The notes under the pieces: generated by a model
The model's database searches: none
Told to the model about the DNA's origin: nothing
What the model saw: the letters and a program-made list of their open reading frames with translations, nothing else
In this document: positions 38,556 through 52,778 of the stretch, one piece after another
Numbering within the stretch: position 1 is the stretch's first letter
Layout: each line of letters begins with the position of its first letter
From: Octopus sinensis
Taxonomy: Eukaryota
Direction: 5' to 3'
DNA: 64,000 nucleotides
NCBI RefSeq assembly: GCF_006345805.1
Contig: NC_043004.1
Location: 97,216,001-97,280,000, forward strand
Program-made: the position numbers and the translations under genes

Positions 38556-40887
38556 AAAGCAGAAATAATATTTTGGGTGTTCATAATTATCGCTACTAAT
38601 AGTGACACTATAATTATCATCACTACTGAATACAAGTGCTCGATATTAACCGTATTCGTAAATATATTATTGTTATTTCAACTGGTTTTATAATAATCCT
38701 GTTCCTTAGATGAATGCTTTTTACCGATAGGTGCGTTAAGTTTAAAATATCATAGTAAGTAGTAATATCTATAAATTTACGTGTTATAGAGTAAGAAGCT
38801 TTAGCAATAAAATTGATGCCGAAGAATCACTCCATCCCGTTCATAACACAATATTTGTAATAGAACTTCCACAAGAGACTTCAAAATAGGTTATAATAGG
38901 AAGATGTGAGGCCAGTGGGTCTCAAATTTGTACTTGTCTAGTTAGTCTCCAGCCACATTCTTTCTACTTAGGATTTAACGCCATCCTAACGATCTTCAAA
39001 GCAAGATATATGCTTAAAATCATACAATGTATATTACGTTGTGTGCTGTAACATAAAATTAGCATCAGCTACTTTTTGTCGAAACATATCCATTTATTGC
39101 ACATGAAATGTTTTTAAGATTTCCTTGTTTATTTGAAACAGTTTTCATGGCTCGGATATGCTGGGATTGATGAGGAGAGTTTCAGAAAATTGAAATCAAT
39201 TTAAATAGCAGTTACTGTTATTAACATGTGTTATAACCCAGAGCTATCTTCACAGCAAGAATACGTATGTTTATATAATCAAATTAGATTAAGTGACTCC
39301 CTAGAATACAGTTGGGATGGTTGGCAATTCATCATACGAAATGTTGCCTAGAGGGAACGAGTGGAAAAAGCATATTCAAAAAACTATGCCTCGATAGTGC
39401 CAGCAAGTATTTAGATTCGTTGTAGTTTATTGACGTTTACCTCTCCTGAAAGAGAGGTAAATGTAAGTAAAGGAAAAATAACAAAATAATTTTTATTAAA
39501 TAAATAAAATTCTATATGGTGTATTTCGAGTTTGCTGCTTATGAAAGCCAAATGCAACAGTAGGGAGAGAAATGACGTTTTCATCATTGAAACGTTCGGT
39601 TAAGATTGAGAGGAGAATATTTTAATATTCTGAAGCAAATAGCCACGAAGAAATTCTCCATAGAATTAGTAATAGCAAAAGAAATTAATATTTCCTTGCA
39701 TTTCATTTTAAAGATTTTCGAAGAAGGAAGGACATTTCAAAGTTTATGAAGTAAGAATGAGAAATGTTCAATTTGATATTGATTTGCCATTTACATAGAG
39801 CCTGATATTAATCTCTTAACATGTAACTTTTAAGTGAACAAGATTTGACTATGAAGATATTTTGTGTGGGTGAGTCAATTCTGTGTTGTTGACATTGTTT
39901 ATCCACAACCGTCTTGTTGAAGAAAGATTTATTAAAATTTTACTCCATTTACTCTTTGAAAGCCTATTTTATGGAGGAGTTGATTTGTTGTATAGGTGTC
40001 AATCTTGTCGTTGTCGTTGTTGTTGGCTGGTCATGTATGTAATTATTTGTGTAGTGGTGTGGCACAAAAGTAGCTATTAAAATTAATCATTCAAGAAGGA
40101 TTATTTTGTTTGTGATGGTCATCTATCATCATTATTGGTATGATGTCTTAAATATAGGACGTGAAACATGTGGATTCCGTCATGAAGTATTGAAGTTGAT
40201 TAATTTAGATGGATGATCCGTTTCAATTTCAGTTTTTCATTAAATGCTAAAACGATTACACGCGCATTAAGGACAGACTTATATACACACAGTTATATCT
40301 ACACACATTAACACACACACACACATACACACACACATATATATATACATATATGTGTGTGTGGGTGCACATATGTATATATACACACACATATATACAT
40401 TCATATATACATACATACTTACATACATACACATATATGCACGCATAGACGTATTTGTGGGCATAATAAAAAATTAATGCCTAAAAGCCTAACAGCACAA
40501 AGCCCACACGAATACAGAATCTCTCCGTCACAGACAAGACCTCATAACACCCACTGCCAAATGAAACATTCGCTTATAGACATATAAGCATAAGATATAT
40601 GCGTTAAAAATTGGAATAAAAGAAAATGAACAAAATGTCCCATATGACACAAAGATAAGTGCATTGGATGTTGAGTGAATGCTAGCATAAGGTTCTTGAG
40701 AGCGCATCATCTGGCTTTGATGAAAGAAACTTAGACAAATAAGTAATTAGGTGATTAAATAATTTATTGAATAATTAATTAACTATTAGGTGAGGAATGT
40801 AAAGTAAAATACAATTGGTGTGTGTGTATTTTATTGGAAGTATTAATCTCTCGAAGTAAAACAGTATATATATTATTATATATATAT

Positions 40888-41293
40888 TCTTTTATTCACT
40901 TACTGGTTTCAGTCGTTTGATTACGTCCATTCTGAAGCATCTCCTTTAGTCGAACAAATCGGCTCCAAGACTTATTCTCTGTAAGTTTAATACTTATTCT
41001 ATTGGTCTCTTTTTCCGAACCGCTAAGTTACGTGGGCTTAAACACACCAACATCAATTGTCAAGCGATGGTAGGGGACATAAACAGACACAGAAATACAC
41101 ACACACACACATAGACATACACATATATGACGGGCTTCTTTCAGTTTCCGTCTACCAAATCTACTCACGAGGCTTCGGTCGGCCCCCGAGGCTATAGTAG
41201 AAGTCATTTGTCCAAGGTGCAACGCATTGGGACGGAACTCGGAACCACGTGGTAGGGAAGAAAGCTTCTTACTACACAGCAACGTCTGGGCCT
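40888..41293 (-). mobile_element. SINE family A, diverged full length
   Basis: Reverse complement of family A head, body and tail. Confidence 0.88.
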
Positions 41294-41445
41294 AAATAAC
41301 ACTGAATAAAGAAGCCTCATTTATCAAAACATCCAAACCAGAATTAAGTATGAAACGATATTAAAATATATATATATATGTATGTATGGTATGATTTAAT
41401 TATACCATTGTTGAATTGCTTCATGGTGGTTCTTCTCTAACTTAT

Positions 41446-41548
<103 letters not shown>

Positions 41549-41866
41549 AAACCATACATACATATGCATATAGTATATGTTATGTATATAAATTACTTTG
41601 AACTATGATATAGTATGATATATTAAGTGGGCAGAAATTTGTAAACTGAATTTTTTCCATGGGATATGTTGGTTGTAACGTTGATTTCTTGCAGTACCGA
41701 AAGATTATGATTGTGTGGCACCTTCTTGGTCAACAGTGGAGTATTATATTTTAATCGGCTTCTATCAATCATTAGGTCAAATTTTGCAAGAAAGTAATTG
41801 TTTTATTCTCAGATTTGAGCTTTTTCGAACTAGGCAAAAAACCTGTTTTTCATGTTATTGTATTTA

Positions 41867-42951
41867 TTAGGTGGTCAAGAAAATTCTTGCAGTTTTTAAC
41901 CTTTAAATTCAGATGCACATATCACGGCTCAAACAAAACTTTATTGATCGAAATAAACACCATCAGAATCAAAACACTTTTGCCAACGCGAAACAAATTT
42001 ATTTATGCCAGTAGCGTAAAAATCCTGCGTTCTGTTGGCGATGAAGTCGTTGAAGATGTGTTTGGCTTCATGTTTGTTTTTGAAGCATTTCTCACACAGG
42101 AAGTTGTTGAGCTGCTTGAAAAAGTGGTTGTCAGTAGGCGAGAGGTCTGGTGAGTATGGTGGATGAGGCAGGGTTTCGTATCCCAATTCGTTCAACTTCT
42201 ATTGGGTCAGTTGTGCGGGTGTTGTCGTGGGGAAGAATTGGTCCTTTTCTATTGACCAATGCTGGCTGTTGTTGGAGTTTCTTATGCAGTTCATCCATTT
42301 GCTGACAGTACCTCTCCGCGGTAATGGTCTCGCCTGGATCCAAAAAGCTGTGATGGATGAGACCGGCCGCAAACCATAAGACAGTCACCATGACCGTCTT
42401 TTGATGCAACTTTGGCTTTGGGAAGTGCCGTGGAGCTTCGTCGGCGTCCAACCACTGAGCTGAGCATCGGCGGTTGTCGTAAAAAATCCACTTTTCATCG
42501 CAAACTCTCGAACAGTTGTGTGTGGATTGGTTTCAACTAAGGCTCTTAGTTGATCGTTGTCTACTTTCGACGGCCGACCACTACGCTTATCATCTTCAAG
42601 ACTCTCGTCACCGATGCGAAATTTCTTGAACCACCATTGTGCTGTACGTTCATTAGTGGTTCCTGGGTCAAAGGCATCGTTGATATCGCGAGTTGTTTCA
42701 GCAGCTTTTCGGCCTAGCTTGATCTGGAATAAGAATATTGTGCGAATTTGCTTTTTTTCCATGCTGTATTCAATGTTCCGGAAACAATAGCCTAATAATT
42801 CAAAAAGACAAAGAGTAACACGATTAGATAGAGCGAAAAACGTGATTTAAAATGATATATAAAGTCAAAGTAATTTAATGAAAATAATTTTGAAAATACA
42901 TAATTTAAAACCAAAATTAAAAATTCCGCAAGAACTTTCTTGACAACCTAA
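41867..42951 (-). mobile_element. Mariner element (Hsmar1/cecropia-like) with both TIRs, TA TSD and an internal deletion
   Basis: TIRs TTAGGTGGTCAAGAAAATTCTTGCAG / TTAGGTTGTCAAGAAAGTTCTTGCGG; MEKKQIRTIFLF..RSGRP, DEKWIFYDNRR, HQKTVMVTV, HDN, HPPYSPDLSPTD; frameshifted. Confidence 0.95.
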
Positions 42952-45900
42952 TACTACATTGCTAAAAATGAGGATGGGAATGGCAGAATTCCTTTTTGTG
43001 TGGATCTTTATAATATAGTTCGTATTTGTTCTCAACATATATGTTGATACACCAAGAAGTATCGCCAGCTTCATATTTTCCAGATCGTGTTCTTGTAAAA
43101 ATGAAACACTTTAGGGTGCCGGTTATAATTCTGTACATTTACGTAGTTTTTGTCCGTGTGAGAAAGCTAAATAATCGGTCATATATAAGCCTATATTTTA
43201 TAGCTTTAGGTTATTTCATATACATAAGCCTTTATCTAATGGATGGATGTGAAATCACATACATCAGCATAATTGAATGAGCCCGTAATATTTATTAGGA
43301 AGAAGTTCATTTCGCGCCGAAGACATTTTCATCAAATACTATTTTTTCTGTTTTATATATAGTTATTTATATATCACTGTCATTTACAATGCAATACTTT
43401 GCGACAAATGATATTGCATTGGTGAGTAAGATTTTGAAAATGGAATATAGACTCAGCAAAATCGAATTGAGTAGACTTTCAATTACTTTTATTGTTAATA
43501 CAATAAAACCAACTGTCTGCCACATTGCCATTTCATTGTCGAAATCTGATGACTTTCCGGAGTCTGACTTTATATTATTTAATATGTGTTTGCTCGTTAA
43601 TTCTTGGCTGGGCAAATTATATTTAGGCTAGAATTAATGCTATACATTTAGGCTGGAATTAATGTTTTCTTTGTGATATTTTAACGTGATATCTGCTTTA
43701 CGCCTGGGTAAATATTCGAAGCGTTGGTCTCGTTTTAATTTAGATGCTGTATTTTTTACTTCATTACTAATATCGTCATGCATGTGTGAATTGGTTTTTC
43801 TAGTGTAGAAGTTTCGTGTCTATGTCCATTATCTAATTCATATAGATTTTAGCGTTATCACAAAAGGTAAAACTTTAACAATATTAATATTCTTAATGTT
43901 GGAATTTATCTTGTGTTTATAAAATCTTTACTAGTCAGCATCTTAAAGCCACCATCCCCAGAAGTATGAGAATTGACATATAATTAAAAATTTAGTGACT
44001 AGCAGATTTCAACCATATGCTAAATCATAAGTAAAATTTATTTACGTAAAAAGAATTCTATTTCTTCCTTTTAACCTTTGCAATGTATAGCTAATAACAT
44101 AAGCAAAAGATTATGAACTTATATAATCAAACAAAAATTCTTTGGCGACAACACTGTAAAGGCTCGCACATTCAATAATATTTCTTTTACTACTACATAT
44201 AATATGATAAAAATACGATGTATTGTTTAATCTATTTCCCATTTTAAGTGTAAGAAAGAAAAGAACAAAATATGGGGACCACTGAGAAATATTTCCAATC
44301 AAGTATTAAACTTATTCTGTAGAAACAACACAAAAGTGAATCATAGTTGCAAATTAGCATTAATAATATTTTACGCTAAATACCAAGGAAGGTTTAGAAG
44401 GAAAACAAATTATACATGGAGAGAAGCTATCTACTATGTTATAATAATTTAAATCTATATAACATGGTGAGTACGCTTATTTACATGTAAAATCACAAGC
44501 AAGAACTTTGTATGTGTAACTACGTATATACATCTTATATATAAATAGCAATTTCTCTCAAACCATCCGTCCGTCTGTCTGTTACCATCTTGCTACCCCC
44601 CAAAAAGGGAACTAATCTTCCCCAAAGTTTGTATATAAGTTGAACTAATATTCAGTTCTATTATAGGCTAATTAGATTTCAATAAAAATCGATAATGGAT
44701 CTACTACGGGGGTTGGTCTATTATATGATAAAATGACAGAAGTGTAAAAGTGTTAGGTTCAGGGAAATGTGGTTAATATCAGGTTAAGGGAGGCGACTGA
44801 ATGAGATAAACACACAGGGAATGTGAAAGACACACAGGGACATCTTCCGTATATATGAAGGAGAGTTAGTATGTGTATTTGTGGGGGGGGGTGCGCGCGT
44901 GCGTGCGTATGCATCTTTCTTATGCATTCGAAATCTGAGTTGCCGATTTGGACGTATGGGGTACCAAAAGATTCAGTAATCTTACGACTACCAAATAAAC
45001 TTTATTTTCATTTACATATTTGCATTACGAAAATGTTACATTATAATCTTTTTTATAAGTGAATTATCGTAAATATTTTATACCATACGACAACAACGAC
45101 GCCGTCACATTTTCTATATGAGTGTGTACCTTAGACATCGATTTCTCTACATGTTATGACGAAAGATAGTCACTCGCTCTCACTCTTTCACATGCACACG
45201 CACACATATATACGAAAAATATATATGCATGTATATTTATGTATGTATATATGAAAGATGTGTGTGTGAGACCGAGAGAGAAAGTGAGAGACCAAGTGAA
45301 TGCCATTTACACATACATGAGAACACACACTTTCACTCTCTCACTCTTACGCACACAGACAGAGACCATTTCATATATACGTACATACTTTCACTTTCTG
45401 CGCTCACTTCAAAGCAAATGTTGCCGTTTCACTTTCTCCTCTCTTTCAATTTCTGTTATATATATAGTAGAAGTAGGGACCTAAATCCTTCGAAGGGATG
45501 TTAAACATCCAAGTTCACTGGTTCAATCCAAAGCAAAGAATATATATAAATCAATATATTAAATATCGGTACAATAAATAAAGTATAATAAAGACAAAAT
45601 AGAAGTGTAGACGTAAGTCTATTCCAAGTTTGTATATATATCCAATAAAAACTCTACACGTTGTTTTAAGCCTAATTAATTCAAAACAAAACGAAATTAA
45701 TCTTTTCTTCGGGAATTCATTATTGGAATGAATGAGTTCTACTAACAAATATAAAGACCTTTGCAAATAGCCCAGAAAGGAGGAGCAAACAAATCACGGT
45801 AGAAAGAAATTAACCGAACGCCAAAACTATCAAAAACAGAGAAAATATAAATAGACTTCAGCGTTAATTCAAACGACAATTCACAATTTATAAATACTTG

Positions 45901-46348
45901 TTAACGACATTTGCAATTACAGTCGATACAAATCAAAACAGACAATCAACCAACAGATAAGTTAATGAAAAAATAAACTATTAACTACTAAGAATTATAG
46001 AGTTAACTATCTAAAAAATTAAAAACCAATGTATTATTCACTAGAACATAATCAATACAGTAATTCAAAGTTAATAATATGGTTTTAAAAGAAAAGAATA
46101 CCGCATATTTACAAATGGCTTCCGTCAAGTAAAACTGAGTAGTTTCCCTTCCATATGAACAAATCAAAGCAAGTGAGAATAGAATTGCAGAAAAATTCCT
46201 TTCATTTCAAAATATCAGATAAACCTAAATTAAAAATCTAAAATTTAAATTTTAAAACAACACAAAAACTTATTTTAAAATAACAATAATATAAATTAAA
46301 ATAAAACTCCATATTTTACATTACATAACAAATGAAATCAATCTAAGA

Positions 46349-46414
<66 letters not shown>

Positions 46415-46679
46415 ATAATACACTGCTCTACTTTGAGATTGCTAGTGTTAACAATACTCGCAAATAAAATACAGACTGGAATTGTAGTGCTCCAAGTAAG
46501 CTATATTCCACTTAATAATCTCAATGGAGGCAATGCAAGTGGCAACTAGAGGGACATAATTAATAACTACGCTCAAAATCAAATATATACATATATATAC
46601 ATATATATATACATACATAGTGTGGTCATTAATTATGCTCCTTCAGTTTCCGCTTGCCTTACCTCCATTGAGATTATAA

Positions 46680-46737
<58 letters not shown>

Positions 46738-46747
46738 ATATATTATA

Positions 46748-46793
<46 letters not shown>

Positions 46794-47422
46794 AAAATGG
46801 TAAATAATTTTCCTGTGGTTTTTCATGTAACCAACAATTATTTACCGGTAAATTTCGGTATGTAAATACGACAAAATAATTGTCAAGACCTTTGTAAGGT
46901 TCAGTATATAGTAAAGAAAAATAAGTTGGCTAGCAGCAAGCTGTTTCGCCTCATACCGAAGGAAATAGAAATGGCAGTCAAAGACCGTTTTTTCCATTTC
47001 TATAAGTGGAGATTCCAAAAACGAATCTCCACTTATAGAAATGGAAAAGACGGTCTTTGACTGCCATTTCTAATTCCTTCGGTATGAGGCGAAACAGCTT
47101 GCTGCTAGCCAACTTATTTTTCTTTACTATATACTGAACCTTACAAAGGTCTTGACAATTATTTTGTCGTATTTACATACCGAAATTTACCGGTAAATAA
47201 TTGTTGGTTACATGAAAAACCACAGGAAAATTATTTACCATTTTCATTGTATTACCATGTGGATTCCTCATTCCATTACGATTACCCAGAAGGCGCGCAT
47301 GGCAGAATTTTGGAGGGAAAATTTACGTCCCCAGTCGTTACTTGGTTTTAACATCTGCGCACTTCCCCCCACTATCTGATGTCGCTGGGTCAGAAGTGAG
47401 GGCTTGTGGCATTTGATAAAGC

Positions 47423-47513
47423 TACCGAATATAGCGCTGATGACGGAATTCAAACTCCCCTTTTTTTTTTATATGTTTGTGATCCAGAAACACCGTGTTC
47501 GCTATTAACGGTA
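47423..47513 (+). ncRNA. Type I hammerhead ribozyme motif, unit 1 (predicted cleavage after 47499)
   Basis: TACCG-AAT-ATAGCG CTGATGA C GGA-A-TTCAAAC-(loop)-GTTTG-T-GA-TCC A GAA ACAC-C-GTGT T CGCTAT-TAA-CGGTA. Confidence 0.85.
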
Positions 47514-47980
47514 AGTGACTGAATTCGTATATTTGCCACTCCGGTTTTGTGTATGTGAGCCGCAAGGGCCTTCGTTTTTGGAATCTCCACTTATAGAAAT
47601 GGAAAAAACGGTCTTTGACTGCCATTTCTAATTCCTTCGGTATGAGGCGAAACAGCTTGCTGCTAGCCAACTTATTTTTCTTTACTATATACTGAACCTT
47701 ACAAAGGTCTTGACAATTATTTTGTCGTATTTACATACCGAAATTTACCGGTAAATAATTGTTGGTTACATGAAAAACCACAGGAAAATTATTTACCATT
47801 TTCATTGTATTACCATGTGGATTCCTCATTCCATTACGATTACCCAGAAGGCGCGCATGGCAGAATTTTGGAGGGAAAATTTACGTCCCCAGTCGTTACT
47901 TGGTTTTAACATCTGCGCACTTACCCCCACTTTCTGATGTCGCTGGGTCAGAAGTGAGGGCTTGTGGCATTTGATAAAGC

Positions 47981-48071
47981 TACCGAATATAGCGCTGATG
48001 ACGGAATTCAAACTCCCCCTTTTTTTTTATATGTTTGTGATCCAGAAACACCGTGTTCGCTATTAACGGTA
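47981..48071 (+). ncRNA. Type I hammerhead ribozyme motif, unit 2 (predicted cleavage after 48057)
   Basis: Same core and stems exactly 558 nt downstream (CTGATGA at 47995). Confidence 0.85.
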
Positions 48072-48249
48072 AGTGACTGAATTCGTATATTTGCCACTCC
48101 GGTTTTGTGTATGTGAGCCGCAAGGGCCTTCGTTTTTGGAATGTCCACTTATAGAAATGGAAAAAACGGTCTTTGACTGCCATTTCTAATTCCTTCGGTA
48201 TGAGGCGAAACAGCTTGCTGCTAGCCAACTTATTTTTCTTTATTTTCTT

Positions 48250-48355
<106 letters not shown>

Positions 48356-48391
48356 TATATATATATATGTATATATATATGTATATATATA

Positions 48392-48448
<57 letters not shown>

Positions 48449-48789
48449 ACCCTATATATTATGAAAATCACAGGATTAAGAAATAAATTAAAACCTGATT
48501 ATTTAATGAATACTTATATTAATTTGATAAACTAGCATAAACATATCTAAGTCGAAAAAATAACACTGGAAAGAATTTACCTAAAAACCCTAACATAACA
48601 TAATGGCAACGTAGAAATCTAAAAACAAATGAGAGAAGAACCTACTTAAATAGAAAATACAAAGGATGAAAGTGTAATTATCAAAATCTCAATAACCAGT
48701 TAATCAAATTAAGTAGCATAGAACAACCTTAAATGCCCTACCTACTTAAAATGTTTAAACGCACATTTATTCCTATCCTCTTTAAGGCT

Positions 48790-50330
48790 TTTGATTTTAC
48801 AGCTTTCTTCTAGAAAATAAAATGAAAACTAATTCTTCTGAAAAAAGGGAACAGAACTTATTTCCAATCTCAGAGGCCGGAGCTGTCCCTAAAATATCCC
48901 ATCCAATGAAGAACGTTTTATTATGGTCTTTAAGATTGCAGATGAAATTACTAAGACTGGTAGAAGAAGCCCTATTTCTGTTCCTAAAGGGATGGTAATG
49001 ATTCGAAACACTTTTTTTAATGTAATTAGCAGAAGAACTAATATAAAAGTAATCATTACCCTCAGAAATGACTTTAACTTGATAAACTACTTCTTTACGT
49101 TTACAATAATTTCTAAATAAACAATTTTCTTTGTTTCTACAATCACAAAGAGAATTTCGATCCCTACTGAAGCCTTCAACAATTGAATAATTATTAAGCA
49201 AATAGCTACCCTCCTCATTATTATTAAAACTTAGATTTGAATCAAAACCAACGCAACCACCTTGGATCATGGGAAAATCAATAACATTAGCATCCTCAGA
49301 TTCGATCACGTTAATATTAACTGAGCTAACACGATGATAAAAAAACCCAGATAATTTCTTCTCATTAATAGAAGAAATAATCTGAGATAAATTTCGAGAA
49401 ACCGAAAAAGCAATCTTAAGAGATCTCGGATCTAAAATCATATAGTATCTTCATTTTAAGAAAAAATGTTTCAAAAACAATTTATAAACAACCTCAACTA
49501 AGTTACTTTTTAATTGTCCAGGAAAGGGAATAATATACTATATAATGTTATTTTTGTCCAAATCTAAATTTGAATTACCTAAATGGTTAATCTTATAGGC
49601 CAACTTAGAATTATTAACCTTTAGCACGTAATTACATTTATTTAGGAATATTAGTAAATGGGGTTAACGGATTATTGTCTCTGTTCTTAAGCCCATTTTT
49701 AGATCCATATTTACACTTCTGTTTAGATTTTGAATATTTAAAATCAGTTCCATATCCATTATTTGTAAGGTTCGATTAATCAATATTATCAGGGCTAGAA
49801 ATATCAAGGTATTCAATTTTCCTATTGTAACCAGCGTTATTAAGGGCGATATTATAGTAATCAGCATTCTTATCAAATACTTCTTTACATGAAGATAATG
49901 CAGAAATTCTTCTAGAAATATGATAAATAAGAAATTTCTTAAGATAGACTCTATAGATACTTCCTGAATTAATATATTTCAGATTAGAGTTAGGCTTATG
50001 ATAAGGTTCGTAAATACCAGTTATCAAATTAAATTTGACATCGAGAAAGTTAACAGATTCATCTTCATTTACGATGGTGATAGATAAACCGAAATTACAT
50101 TTTAAAAACCAGTGAAACCTCTTTCTATATAGATATAATTTCCTATTAGAAATATTCTTAACGGTGAACAACGAGTCATCTCGGTGTAAAACCCCAGCAA
50201 GCTCTGGAAAGCCACTCCCTAACTTAAACAGAATGTAAATACCTACTATATCCGTAGCTTGGGTGGAATCTGCTGCTCCCATAGGATATCAAAACCGTCG
50301 TACCTATCCTTTCTAATCTAAAACTTATTC
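48790..50330 (-). mobile_element. Decayed Penelope-like element: RT C-terminus plus GIY-YIG endonuclease
   Basis: RT: VGIYIL..LHRDD, GLSITI, VNFLDVKFNLITGIYEPYHKPNS, ISRRISALSS. EN: CDCRNKENC, VVYQVKV, YFYISS, NHYHPFRN, STSLSNFICNLK, WDIL, FCSL..EELVFI. Confidence 0.9.
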
Positions 50331-50689
50331 TCAAATTCCATGACAGATCTAGCAGCTAAAATTATTTAAATTTCATCCATACTCAAGTCAGAATTGCTCT
50401 TTGCAATTATTAGGGCCTTATTTAAAATTCCTGAGGAAATGCCTAATTTGTGACTTCAAAAGGTTTATGTTCTGTTTCGTTTTAAATTGAGAGGCTGGGA
50501 AAAAACTTGTTGAGTTTTTATTGTATATATGTACCAACTTGGAATATAGTAACGTCTAAACTTCCAATTTTCTTTCCTTATTATACTTTATATGTGTGTG
50601 TGTGTCTTTATCCACACCCGCTAACAAGCACACATCCATGAGTACACAGACATGCACATATGCATATGCAGATGTGTGCATCTATCTAT

Positions 50690-51330
50690 GCTTTGCATCC
50701 CCGACTATTAAGGCCATCAGCTTCCCTGCAAATGAAAAGGCATTGTCCTTCTTTGGAATATGCAAGAAGGAATTTTTCAGGGTGTAAATTGTTTATTTGT
50801 CTCTGACTCAAAATGATGACCTTAACACTCATCTCATCCTGGCTTGGAAAATGTTCAAGGAAATTAGCTGGACTTGCCTCAGACAATGTCAGATTTTCCA
50901 GTGAAGTGATCAGCCTGATGTACTTTTGATCAGGTGACAGAAGACACATCCCCCCACCGAACAGAAACCATCGTCATGCCAAGTTCCTTGTGCAAAACAT
51001 TTTCAGCTCCCTCCCAGAATATGCTAATAGCGTTGGCTATTTGATTTATAGTCAATCGCTTGTCATCCATCACCTTGTTTCGAACATGGTCCATGTTTTC
51101 ATTGGTGATGGTATTTGCTGAACTTCCAGACTTTTGGTCATATTCAAGACTCTCTCTTCCGTTCCTAAATTCAGCTCCTCACATTTTCGGTGTTGATAAA
51201 ACTGGCGCATCATCCCGTAATGTAGCAACCATATCAGCATGAATGTCGTTCAGGCATTTGATCACGATGCTAAACTTTGTCCATTTTCAAGACAATCGCT
51301 ACTAGGGATATTTGAAATCTCCTTTGAAAA
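50690..51330 (-). mobile_element. Decayed mariner transposase fragment
   Basis: LSPDQKYIRLITSLENLTLSEASPANFLEHFPSQDE, plus upstream MDKV/HTH and RESLE-like pieces with frameshifts. Confidence 0.8.
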
Positions 51331-51519
51331 CTGTGGAGTAATTAATAAGAAGGGATTAAATTAATAAACACAAAATTTCACTGTTCTAGCATCACTCATT
51401 CATAGTCAGCCTATGAACTTTTCAGCCGACCCACATACGCATATATTTGTAGGTGAGTTGGTGTAACCGTCTAGGTATTAGTACTAGTGTAAAGTGTGTG
51501 TGTGTGTGTATGCATGTAT

Positions 51520-51530
51520 ATATAATATAT

Positions 51531-51600
<70 letters not shown>

Positions 51601-51612
51601 TATATATATATG

Positions 51613-51661
<49 letters not shown>

Positions 51662-51700
51662 GTATGTATATATGTATATATATATATATATATTATATAT

Positions 51701-51733
<33 letters not shown>

Positions 51734-51780
51734 GTATATAAATATATATATATATATATAATATATATATATATATACAT
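51520..51780. repeat. Long interrupted (TA)n
   Basis: Direct reading. Confidence 0.97.
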
Positions 51781-52732
51781 ACCTACATACATACATATAC
51801 ATACACACATATAGGAATGTATGTATATACATATATATACATAATTTCGCTACTATATTTTCTTTATTGAGAACTATTATATTTATTACCCTAGAGCAGG
51901 CAGGGAGCAAATGAACACATCTCTCGAGTTTGTATTGTGTTGAATAGATGTAAACTGTATGTGTTTTGCTTTGCTTCCATCTTCCCCATATCCTATATTT
52001 TCTTTTTATTACAAGACTCGAAGAAAGTACACAACAATTCTCTATGTTCAACAAGATTTCTTTATTCGTGACATTTAATCCATTGAATACTATGGCAAAA
52101 GAGAAGAGTGCTTTGCATTTGATACACACACACACACACACACATGCATATATAAATGCCCAATGACATCATAAGTACATTTACTAGTTTCTATATATAT
52201 GAATAGTTATACTGTAAAAAAAACTCAGATGTCGACGACAGTTACAATGTGAACGTCAACAGCGACGATGAAGACGATGATGATGATAAAAACGAATGTA
52301 TATACGGGAGAAGCGTGCATTCATCTTTAAAAAATAAGAGAAATATTGCATTTTTTAGTTCTCTGTCAGACATCTGTTGTTTATCGCGAAGTTTAAATGT
52401 TCATCTACGTAGATATTTGAATACTTTGTGACATGTATAAATGTAAAAGACACTTTAATCTTCGTAGGTAAAATGTGGAGCAAGTTTATGTAGCATACAA
52501 GAGTTATTTTTGTGTGTGTATGTGAATAGTAAATATAATTATAACGTGCACATACATGCATATATATGTGTGTGTATGCATTTATATATACATACATATA
52601 TCTATATATTATACATATATATATGTATATATAGATATATGTATGTATATATATGAATATATATATATATATACATGATAGATCGTTAGCCACTACACAC
52701 ATTTTTTTCTCTCCTTGTTTTAAATGTGTCAC

Positions 52733-52766
52733 TTTCTGTAGAAGAGCGTAGGCTCGAAACGTAAAA
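52733..52766 (+). ncRNA. Minimal hammerhead-like motif (A6U variant)
   Basis: TTT CTGTAGA A GAGC-GTAG-GCTC GAA ACGT A AAA; palindromic ACGT stem III. Confidence 0.5.
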
Positions 52767-52778
52767 CGTATATATACT

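Noticed and set aside
38780-39000. Minus-strand NLRPTGLTSSYYNLF, RT-domain-like
   Set aside because: Single weak motif amid stops; family not assignable
44530-46540. TCTTATATATAAA start and GGCAACTAG end suggesting a non-autonomous Helitron
   Set aside because: No convincing 3' hairpin, and no second copy to define boundaries
47075-47112. GGTATGAGGCGAAACAGCTTGCTGCTA as a second hammerhead in the 558-nt unit
   Set aside because: Three core mismatches (GGUAUGA) and C at U16.1
47268-48228. Repeated 61-aa and 82-aa minus-strand ORFs
   Set aside because: By-products of the tandem duplication; antisense to the hammerhead, with no recognisable motifs
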